DNA of 64,000 bases, taken from positions 19,979-83,978 of the IMG/VR virus record IMGVR_UViG_3300002348_000001. One strand, 5' to 3'. Position numbers and translations under genes: made by a program. Positions 30,478 to 40,070 of the stretch are shown piece by piece (the first letter of the stretch is position 1; each line of letters opens with the position of its first letter). This stretch comes from a virus. Lineage: Duplodnaviria; Heunggongvirae; Uroviricota; Caudoviricetes. The notes beneath the pieces were generated by a model, which was given only the letters and a program-made list of their open reading frames with translations, was not told the origin of the DNA and ran no database searches.

Positions 30478-31728
30478 TTATTGAAACCATGATGTTGTAG
30501 CACTGGCTGATTTCCCTGTTTTAACAGCAGATTTTGTCACCTGTCTAGCCACTTCACCAAACAATTCATTAGACTTTTTGGTGAGGCCTGTTTTTTGTAT
30601 TGTAGATAACATAGGATCTTTTTCTAAAATTTTTAATAAAAGACCCACTTTAACTTTCATTTCGTGGTTTTCTGGTCTTTTTAATTCTAGAATTGTTCTG
30701 TCAAAATCTGTTAAAGTTTCGCCAGAAGTTGTTTTATACTTATCTACTAATAGGAAATCTTGTAGTTCACCAGCCAGTTTTGGGTTAATTGGAATACCGT
30801 CAAACTCTTTTGTTTTCACTTTATCTTGCAAAATAGTTTGAACGTTATTATAATATTGTTGTTTAACCGCTTGTTGTTGTTGTAATCTTTTTTCGTTCTC
30901 TTGCTCCATTTGTTGAAGCTTTGCTGATTCTTTTTTTACTAGTACTTTGTGGTGTTTTGCAGCTACAGTCTCAAGATCACCATAGTTCTTTAAACGCTCC
31001 ACTTCTGTTGTAACATCTTCAGGATCAAATCCTTGATCAGCTAATGCTTGTTTAATCACTGCCACTTGATTAGCTTCCTCTGAAAGATCTAGTTCAGCAA
31101 AATTTTGTATATTATTATAAACACCAAAATATTCTTTAGGATCCACTCCTTTTACAAATATGGCATCAAATGCTTGTTGATAGTCTTCACCAAATTGACC
31201 AATGAAGTTATTTACCACTTCAATAGCACCTTTCTTTTTCTCTGCATTAAACCTTTCTAAGAATTCTTCTGGGGTAGAAATTGTTACATCATCATCTTCT
31301 CCATCTTCCTTAGTAAATACACCAAGTTTGAATAAGTCATTAGATAATGCTGTAAATTGACTAACCTCTTCAGACTCTTCTCCATCATTGTTGTCAGCCT
31401 CTTCTGGTTTTGCAGGAGCCTTAGTAGGAGGCTCATCACTATCTGTTTCTTCTTCATCATCATCTCCACCTAATAAAAAATCCTGTAAAGACTTTTTAGT
31501 CTTTTCTTCTGTGTCTTCTTTAGGAGATTCTTGTTTAGGTTTATCTACAGTAGTTTTGGGGGAAGCAGGTTTTGGATCTTCCTCTTTAATATCTTTAATA
31601 TCATCAGGATTACTAGTGGAAGTTTCTGCACCCATAAGATCATTAAGTAATTCTGCATTACCCAATCCCATTTCCATAGTGTTCTCAATCCCAAAATTAA
31701 AAGATGGACTATCTAGATTTTCAGCCAT
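30478..31728 (-). CDS. Scaffolding-like protein (416 aa), acidic/low-complexity N-terminus, coiled-coil C-terminus
   Basis: D/E/K/P-rich N-terminal half (EEDPKPASPKTTVDKPKQESPKEDTEEK...DDDEEETDSDEPP) and a Q/K-rich helical C-terminal half, between portal and capsid candidates. Confidence 0.5.
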   Translation of the reverse strand: MAENLDSPSFNFGIENTMEMGLGNAELLNDLMGAETSTSNPDDIKDIKEEDPKPASPKTTVDKPKQESPKEDTEEKTKKSLQDFLLGGDDDEEETDSDEPPTKAPAKPEEADNNDGEESEEVSQFTALSNDLFKLGVFTKEDGEDDDVTISTPEEFLERFNAEKKKGAIEVVNNFIGQFGEDYQQAFDAIFVKGVDPKEYFGVYNNIQNFAELDLSEEANQVAVIKQALADQGFDPEDVTTEVERLKNYGDLETVAAKHHKVLVKKESAKLQQMEQENEKRLQQQQAVKQQYYNNVQTILQDKVKTKEFDGIPINPKLAGELQDFLLVDKYKTTSGETLTDFDRTILELKRPENHEMKVKVGLLLKILEKDPMLSTIQKTGLTKKSNELFGEVARQVTKSAVKTGKSASATTSWFQ

Positions 31729-31845
31729 ATGTAGTTTTTTAGTTGGTTTTCAGATGTAAAAGTATATTATATAAACTTAATATCAAAGACTATATGATGT
31801 ATATGGACCATTTTTGCTGATAATATAGCATTAATCATTTTTACT

Positions 31846-32376
31846 CTAATCAAGTTTATTTGTTATTGTATCATTTAATATTCTAAAACTTCTGATAGGA
31901 GCAAGGTCTGTTAGTGTCACTTGTTGTATTTCCACTCCCCACTTCTTTGCTTCCACTCTCATTTTTTTAGTGAGAATATTATCTAATTCAACATCTGTGC
32001 ATTCATCAAGAGTCATAGACATAATAACATTTTTTATAATACTTTGTGACATATCTGCTATAGCATCTTGAGCATCAAACACTTCTAATAAAAATGTCTT
32101 TACATCTGCTATTTTATATTTAATCACCCCCTTGACAACAATGTTTTGTTTGTCCTTAGTATATAAAGACTGGGCAGAGAGGCTTAATGTGGTGACAACA
32201 ACATGCTGTACAATCACTTCATCCACTATAGGTATTTTAAAATAAAATCCTGGATATAGATTTTTTCTATATTTACCAAGTCTTAAAAGGACAGCTTCTT
32301 CATAGTCCCTAATAATGATGGCTGGGGATATTTCCAGCCACCATTGTGTAAGAAGGTCTATTAATTTATCAAACAT
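31846..32376 (-). CDS. SPFH/band-7 (stomatin/prohibitin-like) domain protein (176 aa)
   Basis: Sequence ...LYTKDKQNIVVKGVIKYKIADVKTFLLEVFDAQDAIADMSQSIIKNVIMSMTLDECTDVELDNILTKKMRVEAKKWGVEIQQVTLTDLAP follows the SPFH core pattern (T.D...V.VD.V..Y.V.D......V.D......L.Q..LR...G...LDE.L..R..I........WGV.V..V...D..P). Confidence 0.6.
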   Translation of the reverse strand: MFDKLIDLLTQWWLEISPAIIIRDYEEAVLLRLGKYRKNLYPGFYFKIPIVDEVIVQHVVVTTLSLSAQSLYTKDKQNIVVKGVIKYKIADVKTFLLEVFDAQDAIADMSQSIIKNVIMSMTLDECTDVELDNILTKKMRVEAKKWGVEIQQVTLTDLAPIRSFRILNDTITNKLD

Positions 32377-34961
32377 TATTTTTTAGTTTTTGCTCTACCT
32401 TTTGCATTTTCTTTTGCAATAGCAAGATCGTTTGCTTGATTTTCCCTGGCCACTTGAAGTTTTTCTCTTTCCACTTGAAGTTTTTGGTTAGCCAATCTGT
32501 TCTTAGCATTTATATCTGCCATTTTAGTTTCGTAGTCTTTAGTGGTTCTCACTTGTTCTGCAGCCAGTCTACTCATCTCTAAAACATCTGGTACAGCATT
32601 TTGATTTACATCTTCGCTCTCCACTTTACCATATCCTGTAGCAGAAATGATAGCAATTTTCTCTTTAGATAGTCTATCAAGTTCTTTTTGGTAATCATCG
32701 TGAGCAAGTTTTTCTTCATGCTGCTGTTGGGCCTGTTGAAGGGCAGCTTGAGCTTGTTCTTGCTGTTGTTCCATTTGCTGCTGCTGCTGTTGCATTTGTT
32801 GGTCTTGCATTTGTTCCTGTCTTTCTTTAAGCGTCTTAAACACTTTCTTCATCTGTCTAACAGAGTTTGTAGAATACAACTCAATAACATCATGAAGACT
32901 GGCACCATTTTGAAGAGCAGCTTGAGAAAGACTTCTAATCTCATTAAACAACTTCTGATCTTCTGGTCTGTTAGTTAAAAACACTTTAATATCTCTAAAC
33001 TTAAGATCGGATCCATTCACCTGAACAAAAGCAGATTCTCCTTCAGAAGTGATGTATGATAGGGTGGATTGTGGTTTTTTACTTTCTACATATAAAGCTG
33101 CGTCAATGATTGCTTGATATAGTTGGCCCAATACATATTCATGGGCTACAAATAATGGCTCTGTCTGGGAATAAGATTGAGTAAGTGCTGCATTAGTTCC
33201 TGTAGCAGATTCACTTGCAGATATAGAACCCATTCTTTGTCTAGACATACCGATTAATTCCCAACACTCAGTTTTAAGTTGCATAGCAAGCTGATAACGA
33301 GATTGAATTTCCTGTGTACGTGTAAGATCTATATCTCTAAACTGGTTAAAAGAGCTAGGAGATTTTAAATTCTCAGGACTATCATCTATAAAAACTATAC
33401 CCCTGTTTCTTGCTTCCATTTCCCAAACATCTAAAGCATCCTGCGCATCCCCATCTTTTGGAATAGGAACGTGTCTTATGGATGTTAAATACACTTTACC
33501 CACTTCCTTTTCAAGAAGTTTATAAAGCTGGTTCATACAAACATTGTACAGCACTTGGAAAGGTTTCATAAGGTCTACTAAAGATTTAGCCTCTGTATTT
33601 TTCACCTCATGAATAGTTCCTATTATAGGACAATAATTTAATAATTTGTAAGGTTTTATATGGTAGATGTCTGGTCCTATCTTTATTCCTTGATACCATT
33701 GATTAATCCATCCCCATTCTAAAGACTGCTGTGTAGGAATTGTGTTTGATTTATAATTTTCGTCTACAAGCATAGATTGCTCATTTCCCATCTCATCCAA
33801 ATAAATCAACTTACCTATTTTCTTTTTAGAAATCCAATATGCCCTAACCACCACATATTTGTATCCAAAAGAAGACACATTTGATGTAAGGCCTAAGAAA
33901 TCTTTTAATCCATCATTGTTTTCTTTCATTTCACTTTCTATAATCATACGTGTCTGAAGAACAGCAGGATCATAAGTGTCATATTGAACAGAATCTATAC
34001 CTGGAGCAGCATCAGGATTTCCAAGGTTGGATTCACGCACATTAATTAATCCGTAATCTTGGAGAGATGAACGTAAATGATCTATCTCTTCCTTAGTAAG
34101 ATCTGGAATACTTTCAATTATTTCGGAGAGTTCCATCACCTGCACTATACCAGCAGCATATGCTCCCTGCGCTCTTCCTGTAGGATCTGATATATATTTT
34201 CTATCTGGAGTGGTAAGAAACCATGTATTTTTAGGATTGGCCACTTCTATATTAAACCCAAGTTTTGAATTATCCTCATATATATGATAGAATTCTCTAG
34301 CAGATATAAGCATATCTCTAAAAGCATCTTCACTTTTTTCTTTTAGAACAAACTCGGCTTTTTGGCATGTAAGAATATGATTGGCCCATTTTTCAGCTAT
34401 AGATGTGTAATTATCAAGTTCATCCTTTACATCATCCATTGTCATTTGTTGAAGCTCCTCTTCCCCAAGTTCTTGTCCTTGGAGGGAGGCTTGTTCCATT
34501 ATCTTTTGTTTAGCCTGACTAATTACAAAATCTTGTAATATCTTAGTTTTAAATTCTAACTCTTCAGACTGACTATCTTCATCAAAAGCTTTCACTCTAA
34601 ATGCATCTGGTCTTTTAGAAATTTCTCCTACAAGCTCATTAATTGGTGTAGTGAGAATAGAATAATGTTTTACATATGCAGGAAGTTCAAGATCTGTTGT
34701 TAGCATTTCTGTAAAACTCTTCACCTGAGGCTCCTGATAAAAATCTTCCATTCTTAAAATACCCTTAATAAGATCGTAGTTTTTAACAAATGTATCTCTG
34801 TTTTTTACATATTCAGCATAGGCCTTGTTAGCAAAATAGTCCATTGTGTTTTTCACCCAACTTTCATCTTCCTTCTCTTTATCAGTTTTAAACTGATCTG
34901 GAAATATGTTTAAATAGGCATACCTTATGGTAGCATCTTTTGTATATCTTATTATTGCCAT
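32376..34961 (-). CDS. Portal protein candidate (861 aa) with Q-rich coiled-coil C-terminus
   Basis: Large ORF immediately downstream of terminase large subunit (canonical order). C-terminal QQMQQQQQQMEQQQEQAQAALQQAQQQ coiled coil. Confidence 0.45.
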   Translation of the reverse strand: MAIIRYTKDATIRYAYLNIFPDQFKTDKEKEDESWVKNTMDYFANKAYAEYVKNRDTFVKNYDLIKGILRMEDFYQEPQVKSFTEMLTTDLELPAYVKHYSILTTPINELVGEISKRPDAFRVKAFDEDSQSEELEFKTKILQDFVISQAKQKIMEQASLQGQELGEEELQQMTMDDVKDELDNYTSIAEKWANHILTCQKAEFVLKEKSEDAFRDMLISAREFYHIYEDNSKLGFNIEVANPKNTWFLTTPDRKYISDPTGRAQGAYAAGIVQVMELSEIIESIPDLTKEEIDHLRSSLQDYGLINVRESNLGNPDAAPGIDSVQYDTYDPAVLQTRMIIESEMKENNDGLKDFLGLTSNVSSFGYKYVVVRAYWISKKKIGKLIYLDEMGNEQSMLVDENYKSNTIPTQQSLEWGWINQWYQGIKIGPDIYHIKPYKLLNYCPIIGTIHEVKNTEAKSLVDLMKPFQVLYNVCMNQLYKLLEKEVGKVYLTSIRHVPIPKDGDAQDALDVWEMEARNRGIVFIDDSPENLKSPSSFNQFRDIDLTRTQEIQSRYQLAMQLKTECWELIGMSRQRMGSISASESATGTNAALTQSYSQTEPLFVAHEYVLGQLYQAIIDAALYVESKKPQSTLSYITSEGESAFVQVNGSDLKFRDIKVFLTNRPEDQKLFNEIRSLSQAALQNGASLHDVIELYSTNSVRQMKKVFKTLKERQEQMQDQQMQQQQQQMEQQQEQAQAALQQAQQQHEEKLAHDDYQKELDRLSKEKIAIISATGYGKVESEDVNQNAVPDVLEMSRLAAEQVRTTKDYETKMADINAKNRLANQKLQVEREKLQVARENQANDLAIAKENAKGRAKTKK

Positions 34962-36982
34962 TATGTAAACAATTTACGTTTTTTAGTATTAAACAATCCA
35001 TTAGATTGTGAAAATAATGTATTCTTTGGTTTTTTAGAATATAATGCTTGCACTCTATCATCTCCTGATCCGCCTATTTTTCCCATTATAGGATCCATTT
35101 TCATAGCTTGTGCTATGGCTAGTTCTGCAGCAATAATTCGGTCAAAGTTTCCTGAATCATTATATTGTATCATTTCTTCTAACAAGACAGGATCAAATAT
35201 CTTACTTATTCCCAGCACTTCCTTTATAACATCTCCCTGTTCATTGGTTTCTTTGTATATAACACTTTCTGTGTATTTTTTTAAACAGTTGTGCAAATAG
35301 TCAATTATCTTTTCACTGGAACGGTGTATTCCATAGTCTCTCTTCACTGTTGTATTAGGAACAATCTCTTTTAACCATTCGGGCTGCTTCTCTAAATAAT
35401 GAGCATCTCCCTTAGCTTTCATATACTCAATAAATGATATATCATCATTCTCACACAACGTACGAGCATTATAGAATTTAATCAACATCCTGGCCTGCTC
35501 TTCCCATATTTCCTTTTTATCAGGACGTGCACAATAGGAAGCAACAAACATATCTTGATATTTTTCCCCTGTAAGATCGTGCATTCTTTTATAAACATAT
35601 ACAGATCCTAAAGAAGAACTGTATGCTGATTTACCTTGTCTATATGGGTCCACCCCAGCAACATACAATCCATAAGGAGGATTTTCTACAGGAAACTCAT
35701 ATATCACTACAGGAGCGTCTTTAAGATCACTATTCTTTAATGGAAAATTTGAAATAGGTCTTTTATCTGTAAATTCATGGGCTATTTTTTCTCCGTCATT
35801 AAATAATATGACAGGAGTGCCTGTTCTTTCTTGCTGTAAAAGTCTGGCCTTTTGTCTTTTAGCCCCCTCTATATCAAATATATTTGTATCTTCATTTAAG
35901 AATATATCATCCACTTCCTGGGGATAGTACATCTTTTCTTTTAAATAGGCAATTCTGTCTCCTGCCTTTTTAAGCTTTTCTAAGTTTGAGTTGGTAATCT
36001 CTGTAGCTTTCTCCTCATTAGACACTAACATCTGTATATTATGGAGATCACTTGATGCAGGCTGTTCCAAAAAAGCTCCTAATGTAGAAGACTCTTTTGC
36101 TTCCATTCTATATTTATGGGAAATAAACAACCCATGAATACGTTTATCATCCTTACTATTATTATATGTAAGGAAGTTAAAATTATCTACATCAAACATT
36201 AGAGATTTAGCATCAAGAAATTTCTTCATATCTCCCCCTGTTCCTGTAAGAATTGGAGAACATCCCCAACCAAATGGTGTTGTAAAACCAGGAACAGCTG
36301 CCTGCAGTCCTCTAAGAAAAGATCCTTTTCCTATCTCATCAATAATTAGTTTACGGGGTTTTGTACCAGCAATTGCTTCTTCATTATTACCCTCATCTAA
36401 GTTACGAATAAGAATAGAAGAAAAAGGAATACGTTCTCCACTCTTAGTTTTGATACCGAGGGTCACTTGATTTTTCCAATTATCCTCAATCCTCTGCCAT
36501 CTCCAATATTCAGGAATAAAATTTAACCCCTTATCAATCTTATCTGTAATCAGTTTTATATCTGGAGCGTTCAATCCAGCAATAATATTTTGAGAATTCT
36601 CATCAAATGTAGCACCCCATGCAATATAACTTGCCTCTAAAACACTCTTGGCAAAACGTCTAATTCCTAAAATAACCAGGCCTTTCTTTTCTCCTTGGGC
36701 TCTATCAATTTCATTAGACACCAACCACTCATTATCTCTTAAGAATGGATTGGCATATTTTTGAGCTATTCTTCCATAGCTATCAATTACATCCACTTCT
36801 GTATGCCAGATGTTTAAGTGCCAATATAAAAAGGGGTTGATATACACCCCATCCATCATAGCTCCATTTAAACAAACATCTTTATGGAAATCAAAGAATT
36901 GTTTACATTCTACAGAATCTCTGTCTGGAATTCGTTTTTGATTTATAAACCAATCTTTATAATCTATATTTTGTAATTCCAT
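34961..36982 (-). CDS. terL: Terminase large subunit (673 aa)
   Basis: Deviant Walker A LGIRRFAKS (T4 gp17-type RQ..GKS/T), Walker B KLIIDEIGK, coupling motif ILTGTGG, C-terminal nuclease-like region (VYVAGVDPYRQG). Confidence 0.75.
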   Translation of the reverse strand: MELQNIDYKDWFINQKRIPDRDSVECKQFFDFHKDVCLNGAMMDGVYINPFLYWHLNIWHTEVDVIDSYGRIAQKYANPFLRDNEWLVSNEIDRAQGEKKGLVILGIRRFAKSVLEASYIAWGATFDENSQNIIAGLNAPDIKLITDKIDKGLNFIPEYWRWQRIEDNWKNQVTLGIKTKSGERIPFSSILIRNLDEGNNEEAIAGTKPRKLIIDEIGKGSFLRGLQAAVPGFTTPFGWGCSPILTGTGGDMKKFLDAKSLMFDVDNFNFLTYNNSKDDKRIHGLFISHKYRMEAKESSTLGAFLEQPASSDLHNIQMLVSNEEKATEITNSNLEKLKKAGDRIAYLKEKMYYPQEVDDIFLNEDTNIFDIEGAKRQKARLLQQERTGTPVILFNDGEKIAHEFTDKRPISNFPLKNSDLKDAPVVIYEFPVENPPYGLYVAGVDPYRQGKSAYSSSLGSVYVYKRMHDLTGEKYQDMFVASYCARPDKKEIWEEQARMLIKFYNARTLCENDDISFIEYMKAKGDAHYLEKQPEWLKEIVPNTTVKRDYGIHRSSEKIIDYLHNCLKKYTESVIYKETNEQGDVIKEVLGISKIFDPVLLEEMIQYNDSGNFDRIIAAELAIAQAMKMDPIMGKIGGSGDDRVQALYSKKPKNTLFSQSNGLFNTKKRKLFT

Positions 36983-37314
36983 TATTTTCTATTTGCTAGG
37001 AATTCAGCAGCAGCTCCAGAGAGTTCTCCTTTCCCCCTCACTTCCACTTTAGCCTCTTCTTTTTCTCTCAGCTTCTCCACCACTTCTAATAAAGCTAAAT
37101 AATTCTTCATTGTTTCTTGGATGAATTTTCCCTGGGCCTCAATAGAGGCTATCACCATAGGAAGCATTCCTCCTTTTGATGTTGGTTTCCACTCAATCCT
37201 ATCTTTAAGCTCATGCAAAGGATTTGCATCCACATAAGCTTTCCAAGACTGCAGCTGCTGTTCAGACCAATCTAACTCAGCATTTATGTATGTAGTTTTT
37301 TTAAGTGTAGCCAT
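36982..37314 (-). CDS. Hypothetical protein (110 aa); possible terminase small subunit by position
   Basis: ORF coupled immediately upstream of terL. Confidence 0.4.
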   Translation of the reverse strand: MATLKKTTYINAELDWSEQQLQSWKAYVDANPLHELKDRIEWKPTSKGGMLPMVIASIEAQGKFIQETMKNYLALLEVVEKLREKEEAKVEVRGKGELSGAAAEFLANRK

Positions 37315-37323
37315 ATTTTTTAT

Positions 37324-37611
37324 TTACGTCTCTTCTTCATACTCTTCTCCTCTAAACAAGAGGCCAAGATCCATTCCTTCTTTAATTATCCTATCTATCT
37401 CTGACTCTTCTGTATGAGGAACATCCATCTCTATTTGTTCCTTATATTTCTCTAGAGCATAGACAAGCTCTTTATCTGTTATTCCCCACATATCACCATA
37501 TCCTTCTAAGGCTGTTGAAAGATGTCTTCCCATATTATACATGGGAAACTCTTTATGTAATTCCTGTAGAATATGAATAGCCTGGAAATAATGGTTTTTC
37601 TTTACACTCAT
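37324..37611 (-). CDS. Hypothetical protein (95 aa)
   Basis: ORF in operon register. Confidence 0.5.
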   Translation of the reverse strand: MSVKKNHYFQAIHILQELHKEFPMYNMGRHLSTALEGYGDMWGITDKELVYALEKYKEQIEMDVPHTEESEIDRIIKEGMDLGLLFRGEEYEEET

Positions 37612-37617
37612 ATTACG

Positions 37618-37800
37618 TTATTTTGTAATAATACCAGAAGCTGAAGCTGTTAGCTTTGCTAGTCCTGGAGATACAACATCTTTTAATAATTTCTCAATTT
37701 GCTCGTTTGCAACTTTCTGTACATCCGCAGATATTCCTGGGGTGGCACACAATGCTCCTAATTTTTCTATTACAATCCACGCTTCTACTGTTGGGTTCAT
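37618..37800 (-). CDS. Hypothetical small protein (60 aa)
   Basis: Short ORF overlapping next gene by 4 nt. Confidence 0.4.
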   Translation of the reverse strand: MNPTVEAWIVIEKLGALCATPGISADVQKVANEQIEKLLKDVVSPGLAKLTASASGIITK

Positions 37801-38036
37801 GTTAATTCATTTAAGTCCTCATCGGACAATTTTATATTGGTTATTGGTTTCTCTTCCTCTGTATTAATATAATCATCATTATAAGCAATACCTATCTGAT
37901 CTTGTTTCCCGTCTAACACCCCTATTACATCAACAAAATCCACTCCTCTATTATAAATAGAAATTAATGTATTCACTAATTCTAATAAAGGCACTTTTCT
38001 TAATACAAATTGGTTATTCTCCTGGGACATCATCAA
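37797..38036 (-). CDS. Hypothetical small protein (79 aa)
   Basis: Short ORF, coupled. Confidence 0.45.
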   Translation of the reverse strand: MMMSQENNQFVLRKVPLLELVNTLISIYNRGVDFVDVIGVLDGKQDQIGIAYNDDYINTEEEKPITNIKLSDEDLNELT

Positions 38037-38322
38037 AAGATTTTAATATTTCAGATTCTTTGTCTTCATCCATCAAGGCCATCCACTTTTTCAAGGGACA
38101 TTCACAGGACAGACACTTTGTTTTTTTAGCTAAAGGACATCCACAAGCTGTACAATGAACATCCTTTCTTATTGTTTTATGATGCTTAGAATGTGCTGGG
38201 CACTGCTCACATATATTTATTCGCTCCTCACTAACACTCAAAATTATGCTCTTAAGCTCTTCGGGAGGAAAAAGATCGTTTCTCCATCCTTCAAATATCT
38301 GGGAAAAATTAAGCTTCATCAC
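38014..38322 (-). CDS. Cys-rich zinc-binding protein (102 aa)
   Basis: CEQCPAHSKHH...HCTACGCPLAKKTKCLSCECPLKK: at least nine Cys and several His in Zn-ribbon-like pairs. Confidence 0.55.
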   Translation of the reverse strand: MMKLNFSQIFEGWRNDLFPPEELKSIILSVSEERINICEQCPAHSKHHKTIRKDVHCTACGCPLAKKTKCLSCECPLKKWMALMDEDKESEILKSFDDVPGE

Positions 38323-38668
38323 CCTCTTTTAATTTGTCTTTTATTAATTGTACAGAATTCTGTACATCATTTAAAATCCTCATTGCCTTTTGTTTCTTTG
38401 CTTCTGTAGCGGCCTCATCTGCCAACACTGCATTTTGTATCCGTTGTACATTTGCAAACATCTCTAGCTTTTTATTTGCTTTATTTACATTAAATATAAA
38501 TTTTCCAAACCCAGAAATCTCCACTGTATTGTTTTTTTGCAAAGCCTCATTAGCAGATTGAAATTGATGTGCTACAACAGCCTCTATCACTTTTTCAGAC
38601 GTCATTGACTTCACTGCTAATATTCTAATTAAATAGTCTTTGACAGACATTGAAACTGGCTTATCCAT
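38309..38668 (-). CDS. Small DNA-binding-like protein (119 aa) with HU-type GFGKF motif
   Basis: VEISGFGKF resembles the HU/IHF signature, but the downstream beta-arm consensus is not conserved, so the family assignment is weak. Confidence 0.45.
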   Translation of the reverse strand: MDKPVSMSVKDYLIRILAVKSMTSEKVIEAVVAHQFQSANEALQKNNTVEISGFGKFIFNVNKANKKLEMFANVQRIQNAVLADEAATEAKKQKAMRILNDVQNSVQLIKDKLKEGDEA

Positions 38669-39014
38669 TTATTAGTTTTATTTCTAATGTAATATCATTA
38701 TCAAACTTAAGAACAATAGCTGGATTCACCTTCACCTTTGTTCCCTCTTTAACTAACACCCCCACCTTCTTCAATTTAGAAATAATATTGTTTATTGTAG
38801 GAGCTGTTGTATTATACTTTGTACAAAATTCCTCTCGTATATTAGCATAAGAAATATTCCCCTTAATAGCTGTAAAAGCTACAAGCTGTATTTCCCTTTC
38901 TGTCAATCCTAACTTATTAAGACTTGATATAAAATTATAATACATCTCTGCCTTTTCGTACTCGTCCTTAAAAGACTTTCTCAACTTCTGTAATATAAAC
39001 TTATTGTTTTCCAT
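38661..39014 (-). CDS. Putative HTH transcriptional regulator (117 aa)
   Basis: Helix-turn-helix-like segment TAPTINNIISKLKKVGVLVKEG; first gene region of the minus-strand operon. Confidence 0.45.
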   Translation of the reverse strand: MENNKFILQKLRKSFKDEYEKAEMYYNFISSLNKLGLTEREIQLVAFTAIKGNISYANIREEFCTKYNTTAPTINNIISKLKKVGVLVKEGTKVKVNPAIVLKFDNDITLEIKLING

Positions 39015-39093
39015 ATTTAATTAATGCAAAGATAGAACATGTTCATCCAACATCAAATAATAATTATTATTATTTGTTATACGTATTGCTATA

Positions 39094-39339
39094 TTATACC
39101 CCACTTTCTTCTCCATCCTTATAAAATATAAGAGAAATATTTATAAAAAATAGCCCTATTAACAATTCTTGTTCTATATATTCAGGAACGTAATACTCAT
39201 TAAAAGAAACACCTAAATTAAAACAAGGAGAAGTGAAAAGATTAAATTCTATAGCTAGTTCTAACCTTCTCATATTATGTATTCCACTAATAATAGATCC
39301 TATTATTATTACTAACACAAAAAGACCAATGTATTCCAT
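39094..39339 (-). CDS. Small membrane protein (81 aa, N-terminal TM helix)
   Basis: MEYIGLFVLVIIIGSIISGI hydrophobic segment; first ORF after the divergent junction. Confidence 0.45.
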   Translation of the reverse strand: MEYIGLFVLVIIIGSIISGIHNMRRLELAIEFNLFTSPCFNLGVSFNEYYVPEYIEQELLIGLFFINISLIFYKDGEESGV

Positions 39340-39499
39340 ATTTATTTGTTTTGTTTATGAAGGAACCTTTATCTAGGAATGTTTATACATCCTTCCCCAC
39401 CCAATCCACCCCAAAGATAGACAAGAATTTATATATATTCCAAATATTATATTACACAGGGGTGTGTAAAAAACACAATTTTGCTTTAAACAGGGTGAT

Positions 39500-39600
39500 A
39501 AAAAATTTTTTTCGTGGAGGGGGGGGGCTAAAATTTTTTTCAAAATCAAAAAACTTATAATATGCCCCCCTGAGGAGACCACTCCCCATCAGCCACCCCA
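39500..39600. repeat. Homopolymer-rich element: G9 tract (39519-39527) and C6 tract (39565-39570) flanked by duplicated AAAATTTTTTT
   Basis: Directly visible: AAAAATTTTTTT-CGTGGAGGGGGGGGGC-TAAAATTTTTTT...ATGCCCCCCTGAGG, inside an otherwise very AT-rich genome, at the boundary between divergent operons. Confidence 0.8.
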
Positions 39601-39658
39601 CCTATAATTGGGGAAACCGACATACCTCCCCATCATTATTAATCTTAAATCAAAAATC

Positions 39659-40039
39659 ATGTCAGTAAAATTTGAAGAAATTGTTTGGAGAGATGAACTT
39701 ACCTCTAATGGAAATCTTAACACCTTAGGCACTGTAAAAGAACTATTTCACGATTGTGAACTTTTACCTGTTACCAAGAACCTTGACAAGCGTGCCACTT
39801 TAATGTTCAAGAAAGACGGAAAGGTTGCTAACGTTGTAATGTCCAAAAGTGTTAATGAGCTTTTTAGAGCTGGAAAGCTTACCATCCCACAAGTGATGGG
39901 GTTCCAAGTAATCAAAGCAGAAAATGGTGGCTTCTATGCTGCATTACCTGCTTCTGGCTGGATTGAAGTGAAGACCATTAAGGTGCAGGATTTCAAACCG
40001 TCTGGTTTGAGCTTGGAAGACCTTATTAAGGCAAGCTAA
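39659..40039 (+). CDS. Hypothetical early protein (126 aa from the motif-associated ATG)
   Basis: The ORF track starts at 39608. The conserved upstream motif AAATCAAAAATCATGTCA (39647-39664) places the likely start at 39659. Confidence 0.6.
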   Translation: MSVKFEEIVWRDELTSNGNLNTLGTVKELFHDCELLPVTKNLDKRATLMFKKDGKVANVVMSKSVNELFRAGKLTIPQVMGFQVIKAENGGFYAALPASGWIEVKTIKVQDFKPSGLSLEDLIKAS

Positions 40040-40044
40040 AGAAT

Positions 40045-40070
40045 GAGAGCCTTCGGGCTCTCTTCTTTTA
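40045..40070 (+). terminator. Rho-independent terminator
   Basis: GAGAGCC-TTCG-GGCTCTC hairpin (TTCG tetraloop) followed by TTCTTTTA. Confidence 0.7.

Noticed and set aside
38309-38668. Confident HU/IHF family assignment
   Set aside because: Only the GFGKF turn matches. The beta-arm consensus (R..RNP.TGE) is absent, so the call is kept as a weak DNA-binder.
39351-39582. ORFs 39351..39560 (+) and 39373..39582 (-) across the homopolymer junction
   Set aside because: They span the G9/C6 tracts and encode poly-Gly or poly-Pro-like junk, so they are most likely non-coding.
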